From Chrysomallon squamiferum (Eukaryota > Animalia > Mollusca): a stretch of 64,000 nucleotides of DNA. Below are positions 54,251 through 64,000 of this stretch, one piece after another; within the stretch, counting starts at the first letter, position 1, and every line of letters begins with the position of its first letter. The DNA lies in NCBI GenBank assembly GCA_012295275.1, contig CM022666.1:11408001-11472000 (forward strand), read 5' to 3'. A model generated the notes under the pieces. That model searched no databases and was not told where the DNA came from. It saw only the letters and a list, made by a program, of their open reading frames with translations. The translations under genes were made by a program, and so were the position numbers.

Positions 54251-57175
54251 GTACATATACATGCATGCACAATTACTTTTTATTGATGCAGATAAATCAA
54301 CTATTTATTGAGTGGGTGCCACACGTTCGAGTCTCGTCAGCGGCATCTGACGGGTTTGTGAGGTTGTGTGTGGACTTTGTCCTCCTGCACCAGCGCATTT
54401 CCGAATATTGTGTACGTGCAGAGTCTATTGAGACGTACATAAAACAGAGAATATTCAGAATCCTAAGCTACATATTTGCCAGTGCCAGGTTTCCCACAAA
54501 AAAAGTAGATGCATCAAAACTGACGAAAGACAAAGAACGGCGTGCTATGTAGGAAGCGATGATTACCTTCGGTTATTGACAACCTTTTTTAAGGTTGTCT
54601 CGGTGGCCGAAAGGTAACATCGTCCGCCTTCGCAGTGCGGGAGAATGGGAGCCATACGCACATTAATATTATATAAACAATAACAACGTCGTATTTGTAA
54701 AGATTAAAAAACACCCATTTCTATACACGATCGACATTAATCTTTTCGTAAAACCATTACTATTATTTTTTAACAGAAACAAATACAACTGGTATCTAAA
54801 CGGTCTCTTTAAACTGCATGTAGATTTCATGTATAGAATAAAACCTATTTTAATTATTATTATATATTTTTTATTCGGGTATACTGTAGTCAAAGAACGC
54901 TGTATCTGCTGCTGTGTTGTGTGTTAGACAACACGTTGTTGTCTCACTGCACTGGGTGGCCTGCTTGGCTCACAGCTCAGTGAAGTGTTTGCCAGTCTCC
55001 CCACTGAGTTTAATTAACGTTACGTGTTTTACACGCTGATTTACAACTTGTTATTTATTTAGATTGTTCAAAAAAAATGAAATATAAATGAATAGGATGT
55101 TATAGTTTTCAAGTTATCGCGGTTTCAGTGATGTAATTGTAGGTTAAGAACAACTGGAAGTTTCTGCAGCTTAATGTGACAAATCTTTTTAAGTAAGACA
55201 GATCACCGTTAGATGTAAAAACTTAGCCGTGTATGTTAATAATACACATATCTACAAACTTATAAAACTGTTTCAATTTAATTTAAATTATTATTATAGG
55301 TTTAGATTTTTCGCAAATATATCCATAACAAATTTGTTTTGGTTTATAATATATATATTATAAACCAAAACAATATACATCTATATATATTACAGATAAA
55401 GAAAGTAACCAGTTGTATCGGTATATTTTATAGACAATGTCCAATCAGACACAGGCAAGTCTAGAACACATTTCTTCAGCTGAACTGACAACAGTTCATG
55501 GCTGATCAGTTTCCCGCCTGGTCTCAGTTTAACTGCGATAATTATTTAGTCCCACTCCAGCGCTAGCGGATAACAGTATTTACAAACACAAACAACGTGA
55601 AAACACACGTTTTCTACAAACAGCGTGGAATAAACTCTTTTAATGAGATATAACTGATCAAATTTCACCTTCACAGAACTGACCACTGTAAGTTCTAACA
55701 AGTTTTTCTTTCCTTTGAAAACAAAACACAGATTTTACAAACCACTTGATTCTCTATTTTTAACAGCACTCACGAACTGACAGATTCACGCATACTCTAT
55801 TCACAAAACACACACGTGCGCGCGCGCACACACACGCAGACACAGATACACACACATTAGCATTGAAGGAAGAAATGAGATTTCAGTGTAGCAGTGAATC
55901 CTATAACCACGTCAGCGACAGTTCCCGAGATTTGACGAAGACAAATTGCTCCATGGAGAGAAAATCCGACATAATAACTCGCAAATTATTGCATGTCAAA
56001 TCTTATTCAGCGTCATTATATGCACGTTTCATCTCGAGAAAGAGGTGAACCAAACAGACCAACAGATTCTGAAATCAATAAACAAGAATGAGCGCCATCT
56101 CCAATTTGATGTGGAACCTTTAAAAAAGAAAAATAATAATAATAAAAAATAAGAAAATTAGTTGAAGACTCTCACGATGATTGCAGCCAATAAAAGCAGT
56201 CCATGCGCAATTTAAAGTCGTTTGACCCGCTATAATGTGACTGAAAAATTTACATTTGCTTCATTTGTAAACTGCTGAGTTGTTAAAGAAACTTTTGACA
56301 GAGATTTAACACACAATTTTCACTGATGATTCCGAAAATAATGTCACGATATATATTTGCTAAACTTTTATACTTTAATTCAAATAACTGCTTAATGAAA
56401 GTACTTTAAACCTTATAGAATGGTAATAATTAGAATGTGAACTAGATGTTTTAATTTTTTTTTAAATATCCTTATGTTTCATTTACAGTATGTACATTTT
56501 AGACTTACATATGAACACAAGATTATATACACACAAACTTAGTCATGAATCCTTAGGGATATATACATACATACCCAGAAAGGAAAAGATATATACACAC
56601 ACTTCATAACACACAGACAAACATTCAGACACAGAAACAGAACAGACACACACAGCCGGACAGTGTACGATTAGTAAAACAAGTTTTAAAACTCGAATTA
56701 TCAGATGATTTAATTATACTGCAAACCGATACATTTAAATTATTTGTGTTCCGGTGCTAATGTAGCGATCCCATGTCTTTTTCTCACAGCAAATTGCAGC
56801 CATTTCCTATCTTAACTTAGACCACTAGGTCCATCAATCCCAGCATCCTCTCGTAAAGGCAGCCTAAAAGTAATTTAGCGGACATGGGAAGTGCAAAATT
56901 AACAAGATGGATGATTGATAGCACTAACGGCGTGATCACAACTAAAAGGCTACTTGTTCAAGTAGCTAACAATTGCTGCAATCAATAGCGTGTTCTCTGC
57001 CCGCGCGACCCTAACAACCGCTTTCTTACTTTTGTTTTACTCAATTACCTCACAGCTGATTGCTCTGAGTCACTTTTTATTAATTAAAGTTCTGTCATTA
57101 AATTAGCAATGTATATCACTGATTTAGCTTCATATAACAGTCAGTGCAAGCAAAATAGGCTACCACTATTGTCCG

Positions 57176-57206
<31 letters not shown>

Positions 57207-57489
57207 TTAATAATAATAATTACATAATAGTTTGAAAATTTTAAGAACAAGGAATGCTTGTATCAGAACAGTTATTGTTCTCACTCGGATTTGGAGAGGA
57301 ATGGCAGAGTCAACGTGTAAAATAACACAGAAGTGTTTCTAAACAGTGTGTAAAATGAAGAAGTATGGTGGACAGTTCCTCTAAAGGTAATGTAAGCAGT
57401 TAACACCAGACTGTGTTTGCTAACGACATCGTCGCCTGACTGTCACTATTCCTCTTCTTTTCGAGTTTTGCCCACGCGTTGCTGGCTGA

Positions 57490-57780
57490 AAAAGACGTGT
57501 ATAACACAGAAAGACAATGGTCACATGTGTGATATGAATGATATGGAGGATGAGTACCATTTTATTTCAAAATGTTCTCTGTCCATGAATTTACGTTTAA
57601 AAAGTATTACTGGTACAAAGCATCTGTATTTAAACTCGTGCAGGTGTTGTCAGATGAGAGTAGAAACTAATGTGTGAATGTTGGTAAATATCTTACAAAT
57701 GAGTTAAACAGCTCAGTGTACACATTTGTCCATCCTGTTTGTGCGTCTTTATTTTTTCTATGAATTGTGAACCAATGAGC
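57490..57780 (+). mobile_element. 3'-end remnant of a non-LTR retrotransposon (LINE, RTE-X-like zinc-knuckle tail)
   Basis: HMCDMNDMEDEYHFISKCSLSMNLR matches the C..C...EDE.HF...C..Y..LR C-terminal motif of invertebrate LINE ORF2. It is followed in a shifted frame by KASVFKLVQVL, and further on by NVGKYL. The end coordinate is approximate. Confidence 0.7.
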
Positions 57781-58320
57781 AGAACGGCTTAAAGCTAATA
57801 AACAATACTGGAACAATATACATGTAAGTCTGTCTGTCTGTCTGTCTGTCTGTATGTATATATGTATGCATGTATGTATGTATGTATATCTATGTATGAA
57901 TGTATTTTCTATAGTAGTTATTATGATCAAAGTGGATGACCATTGCATGAACACACCACAGATACACACGTACATGAATGCTGAAATCATTCTTTGATTT
58001 TACAGTAGACTTTTAAATGAGAGTGAAATAACATACAAATGAATGTCTCAAATATCAACAGATTTGTGCCTTTATTCTCGTGTACGTAAAAGAAATTTGA
58101 AATTCATAAAACACATTAATTAATTTTATTACATGATAAAGACTACTTTAGGTTTATTTTTGATGTTAGAAACTCGTTTGAAATCTGACAGAAAAGAGAT
58201 AAATCCAGCGTGATGACCCTGGAGAGTTGAATGAGCGATTATCTGAAGAGAACTCAACACCGACACAGCTTTAATCTCCTCGCTGTGTCGAGTTCGTCTG
58301 CAGGATTAAAACATCTTTTA

Positions 58321-59832
58321 TCAGCTTCAGGTTTCTCACAGCAGTATCAGTGTGTATAGTTGTATCATGTGTAGTTTTCTCAGCTTCAGTTTTCTCACTA
58401 CAGTATCAGTGTGTATAGTTGTATCATGTGTAGTTTTCTCAGCTTCAGTTTTCTCACTACAGTATCAGTGTGTATAGTTGTATCATGTGTAGTTTTCTCA
58501 CTACAGTATTAGTGTGTATAGTTGTATCATGTGTAGTTTTCTCAGCTTCAGGTTTCTCACTACAGTATCAGTGTGCATAGTTGTATCATGTGTAGTTTTC
58601 TCACTACAGTATCAGTGTGTATAGTTGTATCATGTGTAGTTTTCTCACTACAGTATCAGTGTGTATGGTTGTATCATGTGTAGTTTTCTCACTGCAGTAT
58701 TAGTGTGTATAGTTGTATCATGTGTAGTTTTCTCACTGCAGTATTAGTGTGTATAGTTGTATCATGTGTAGTTTTCTCACTGCAGTATTAGTGTGTATAG
58801 TTGTATCATGTGTAGTTTTCTCACTGCAGTATCAGCGTGTATAGTTGTATCATGTGTAGTTTTCTCACTGCAGTATCAGTGTGTATGGTTGTATCATGTG
58901 TAGTTTTCTCACTGCAGTATCAGTGTGTATGGTTGTATCATGTGTAGTTTTCTCACTGCAGTATCAGTGTGTATGGTTGTATCATGTGTAGTTTTCTCAC
59001 TGCAGTATCAGTGTGTATGGTTGTATCATGTGTAGTTTTCTCACTGCAGTATCAGTGTGTATAGTTGTATCATGTGTAGTTTTCTCACTGCAATATTAGT
59101 GTGCATAGTTGTATCGTGTAGTTTTCTCACTGCAGTATCAGCGTGTATAGTTGTATCATGTGTAGTTTTCTCACTGCAGTATCAGTGTGCATAGTTGTAT
59201 CGTGTAGTTTTCTCACTGCAGTATTAGTGTGCATAGTTGTATCGTGTAGTTTTCTCACTGCAGTATCAGTGTGTATAGTTGTATCATGTGTAGTTTTCTC
59301 ACTGCAGTATTAGTGTGTATAGTTGTATCATGTGTAGTTTTCTCACTGCAGTATCAGTGTGCATAGTTGTATCATGTGTAGTTTTCTCACTGCAGTATCA
59401 GTGTGTATAGTTGTATCATGTGTAGTTTTCTCACTGCAGTATTAGTGTGCATAGTTGTATCATGTGTAGTTTTCTCACTGCAGTATTAGTGTGTATAGTT
59501 GTATCGTGTGTAGTTTTCTCACTGCAGTATTAGTGTGTATTGTTGTATCATGTGTAGTTTTCTCACTGCAGTATTAGTGTGCATAGTTTTATCATGTGTA
59601 GTTTCATCCTGCATAGCTTTATCATGTATGGTTTTATCATGTATGGTTTTATCATGTATAGTTTTATCATGTGTAGTTTTATCATGTGAGGTTTTATCAT
59701 GTGTGGTTTTATCATGTGTAATTTTATCATGTATGGTTTTATCATGTATAGTTTTATCATGTGTAGTTTTATCATGTGTAGTTTTATCATGTATGGCTTT
59801 GTCATGTGTAGTTTTATCATGTTTAGTTTTAT
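58321..59832. repeat. Compound minisatellite: 59/44-bp units grading into 15-bp units
   Basis: 44-bp unit CAGTATCAGTGTGTATAGTTGTATCATGTGTAGTTTTCTCACTG up to ~59580 (some 5' units carry a 15-bp insert GCTTCAGTTTTCTCA), then TAGTTTTATCATGTG-type 15-mers to ~59830. Confidence 0.96.
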
Positions 59833-60709
59833 TATCGGGAGTGTTTCATTGGAGACTAATTATTTTTAATTTTTATCTACATTTTTCAAGCTTATCTTTA
59901 TCATATATATTATTACTATGTTTAATTTTTAGGTTTTAAATCTACAAGCGCAGCTTTTGTCTACATGTAGTTTTTTTTATCCGTATCTTGTCCTATCAAT
60001 TACTGTCTTGATGTGTTTGCAGTTTTAAGTATGGTTTTATCGCTTCTTTTTTTCCTCAGATAGATGCATATATTTCTCCTATACTTCTCATATAAATTTA
60101 TTTTTGTTTCTGTGGTACAGCTGATTCTCTTATATAAATATTTGTCATTTTGATATCAGTCTAAATTTGACTTTCTCCTGGCTAAATGACTGGTTCGTTG
60201 TGGTAGTTCTACAGGGTGCGGACGTTCTGCGAACCGATCATCTGGGTTCTCCAGAATATGATTTGTCTTCTTAGATACACCAGCGTCTGTTTTGTATCAA
60301 TTAGTAGAAACCTCGCTCAGAATTTAACTAATATAAACAATGAACTCAGCCATGCATCGTAACGCGATCTGCTAGGATAATCAGTGCTCTCTCGTGAATG
60401 TTAAAGAGAATCACTCAGCGACTTTGGCGCCAAAATTATGTACAGAACAAGACATAATCTACTTTACTTGTTCCAGTCAAAAAATAAAAAAATATGTTTA
60501 ATAAAATAAATCCAAATCTGAACTATAATTTAGTTTGTGGTTTTAATGCTGTTTGTATCGCTGTATGCATGAGTGTGGTGATTACTTGTCTTAGTATTTA
60601 ATCAAACTTTTATTTTGCGCATGAAACTGAATTAACACACACACACATACACACACACAAACACAGACATGCACATACATACATAATAAATACATTTTTT
60701 TAAACAGTA

Positions 60710-60740
<31 letters not shown>

Positions 60741-61318
60741 TTTTATTTTTTATTTTTTATTTTTTTATTTTTTATTATTATTATTATTGGGTTTTGTAGT
60801 AACAGTAACTTTTCTGGCCTTTGTCAGATATAATCTGACCTTTAGTGTAGTCTCCAGTTATTAGCTAAAATCCCCTATGTCGTACGAAGTAATTGCTATC
60901 ATCTGCAGTGTAAAACTGCTCGCGTGACAGTAGGCTACGTCCACGAAGTCACAATGTACACGTGATCCTAGAACGTGAACGTGGAAAAAAAGAGTAAGAA
61001 TGGACGGAATGCGAGCAGGCTGGAATAATGTTAGTTCCAGATCGAATGATTACACAGTGGACGCGCTATGAAAGGAGAGGAGACTTTTCTAAGACATTTG
61101 TTTATTGCTCTATTGAAACGCACACTTGATCAATAAAGTAGCAAAAGATGTCGGATTCCTCTTCTTGTTATTGGTTAACAACTTAAGACACTAAGTAAAA
61201 CTGGAATTTCAGAACAACTGTAAAATAAAAATAAATACATAGTTTATCTTTATAAACCTGAAAGAGAAGTAAAATTATTCTGAGAGATCTCTGTAAGATG
61301 TATAAACAATATATATTT

Positions 61319-61321
<3 letters not shown>

Positions 61322-61408
<87 letters not shown>
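61322..61408. repeat. (CT)n microsatellite
   Basis: Direct inspection. Confidence 0.97.
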
Positions 61409-61411
<3 letters not shown>

Positions 61412-63430
61412 TTATAGATATGTGTTTGAAAAGTAGGTGACTGCGTGTGTGTATAATATAAAGAAGTTTGTATATGAGGTATATATTTGGGTGCATAATG
61501 GTGTGTGTATATATAAATTAATTTGAAAATTATGAATTTATATAATACTTTAAGAAATCATTTAAACTACTGTAACTATTATAAATATACCTAATTCTGT
61601 ACTGTATTTATTTATAATAGAGTGAAGTAATATAGTAATATAATGAAGTATATAGTAAAGTAATATTCTGGTTGATGAAGAAATGTTGAAAACAGAACAG
61701 ATGACATCCCAGTTCTGACAACAAATTCTGATAACGCAATTGTCAGATAAAAACCCTGTTGTAATGAACATGCACGTGAGTGAGTTCAGCTGAATACAGC
61801 AGTCTCTGGAGATTTAACATCTGTTATTAACTCGAAGTCTGTGATATGTTAGATAAACTCTCTCTGTTAGATAAACCCGATAAATTACTTACTTTATTAA
61901 TTACTTACACATAAATATTAGAATTTGAAAAAACTCTCATAACGTGATAGACCAGACAGACTTTGTTCACGATGAGGTTGACGTGTTTGTTTGCAAGCAA
62001 TCAAAAACAGGCAGTGCTTTTTCTCTACTGTTATTAATGTACGGAAATAATATCAATCACTTTATAAAAATATTACTTCGGTTAATTTCTAACTGATTTA
62101 TTAATAACATGATGTGCGACATCGAATAATCGGATAAAAATGATTAAAATGGACAACACTGTGTTAAAGAATTATTTCACGTTATTTCATTTGTATTTTA
62201 TTAGCGAATTATGTAATTAGTGCTGTGTTTAAATATCTCTTTATAAATCATACAGAGTAATCAGTTTTCTACGATTTCACTCACCTGCTGTTAAAGTAAA
62301 AAGTGTCTTTCAACAAATATACATTCATTGTTAATACAGGCAAACTATACAAAACTAACTAACTAAATAAATAACTAAATAACTAAACAGATAAATAAAT
62401 AAATAAATAAATAAATAAATATTACTAATTGCCGCAGACATACTGGCAAACGAAACAAGTTTTCTTGCTGTGGTAATCTCTGTGCTGATTAATTTCTCTC
62501 AGTCAGACTTGGTCAGTCATGGGAAAATTTCAATCATCGCCTTGCAAAAGTGGTGAAGGTTGCTGAAAAAAGGCAGTTGTTGCTTCACACACAGCTTGCT
62601 CACATCAGCGTCTTCGTCCACTGCTTACAGCATCGCGCCCTCATTACACACGTAATGAACCAACAGCGACAGCGGCTAGCTTCATCTCTTTTATTAGTCA
62701 CATCACTTTTTAGTTTTTATCTCTTTCGATCAGCGTTTCCTTCCTCTGTACTTCCCTGGCCAAACAGGGACGTAAAACTGTCGTTTTACTATTGAAACTA
62801 ATCTTAGTTCTAATTTTAATCCTTCTGTTTCGATGCTTCATGTCAAAATATGCACTATAAATGTAATGAAGCTGTAATTTTGCTATACATACAAGGGATA
62901 TTTAATAAATAAAGATAAATACTTATAATAAGATTATTTATATATCATAAATTCATATGAAGTGAATGAGATCCTTGGTAATAATTACAATTATTATGTG
63001 ATGACAAAACTGCAAAAGCTGATTCTCTTAATTTTTATGTAAATAAAGCTGCATGAATGTCGAAGTGTGTGTTATGTGTGTTACGTTCGTGAATGTCTGT
63101 GAATTTGTCTCTGTGCGGTGTTCTGCAAAGATAAAAGTTCTCAACATCTTCAGTACACATCAGACAAATCTACATTATCATTCGTTTGATTTTTCATTTG
63201 TTAATTACTTTTCAGTTACAGTTAACATCAGTGTCATCAGTGACAGGTTTTCTGAAGTTAATACATTTACCCAGCTTAATCGAAACCCTATTTCTCGTAA
63301 CATAAATAGCGACTGAAGTTTCACAAAATTAATGTATTCTTTTCATTGTTTGGTTGTTTTTCATCTCATTATTTCAGAAAACTGTTCTTAATGCTGAATT
63401 ACAACATTGTGGTTGCTGAACTATACTCTG

Positions 63431-63432
<2 letters not shown>

Positions 63433-63498
<66 letters not shown>
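63433..63498. repeat. (AC)n microsatellite
   Basis: Direct inspection. Confidence 0.97.
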
Positions 63499-63501
<3 letters not shown>

Positions 63502-64000
63502 CGTACACGCACAAGCAAACACACATACATAGATATGTGCGAATTAATTGAACGTACGTTTATGTTTTAAATTCTATACATAATTATTTCGTGAAATTCG
63601 ACACTAATTCAAAATAGAGCTACAAGTAGGTTGAAAAAATATTTTTATTTCATGCGAAGTAAATAAATAAGCAGCTAACCGGTGCACTAAGCATGGATAA
63701 ATAAATCATTGACTTGTTCTACACCATCAGTGTTTGGTTCATGGAAAACAGACTTTATAACTGCCTAACTGAACATGATATGAAATCCAAGTCACTGCTC
63801 CTTTCTCTGGAATTTCAACGGCCATTTTCTCTTATCTGTAGGGGATTCCACCTTTGATATACGATCCATTAGACTCTGTCAAAAGCTTTCACAGCAGTCA
63901 GCGATAATCTAAAGCTGCGACGAATCCTTGAACTTAATAATTTTACAACATAATGATGTATATTTACTAGAACTGTGTTTCTCGTTGTTATTTTCTTCTT

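Noticed and set aside
54500-54660. Hammerhead or HDV-like ribozyme (CTGACGA; GAATGGGA)
   Set aside because: The required stems and pseudoknot pairings could not be built.
59535-59939. 134-aa Cys/Val-rich ORF and antisense MIKLH-repeat ORF
   Set aside because: Both are translations of the 15-bp tandem repeat.
42520-64000. Further neuroligin exons and short ORFs in the large intron
   Set aside because: No esterase-fold motifs found; most ORFs derive from microsatellites or lack splice and homology support. Micro-exons could have been missed.

Overview
AT-rich, intron-containing animal genomic DNA, most consistent with an invertebrate such as a mollusc or other lophotrochozoan (inference from protein similarity and repeat types). 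The left ~34.5 kb is a compact, CpG-poor cluster of five multi-exon genes: the 3' part of ACER3 (+), RNF168 (+), PELP1 (-), WRAP53/TCAB1 (+, head-to-head with PELP1) and FAM122/PABIR (-). The right ~29 kb is CpG-richer and holds the first coding exon of a neuroligin (+) followed by a very long intron. Three long minisatellite arrays lie in that intron and a fourth lies upstream. Exon structures were assembled by hand from GT-AG sites with reading-phase checks. The main points of interest are: a frame break separating the RNF168 RING/MIU1 half from its MIU2-LRM2 tail; a 39-bp intronic array whose unit contains a Quaking/branch-point element and an AG|GT junction; a 47-bp array of DMRT-like sites; a tandemly quadruplicated splice donor in FAM122; a G-U-rich intronic hairpin; and a gene set whose human counterparts fall in the 3q/11q/17p/Xq paralogon. 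No prokaryotic-type system (CRISPR etc.) is supported.
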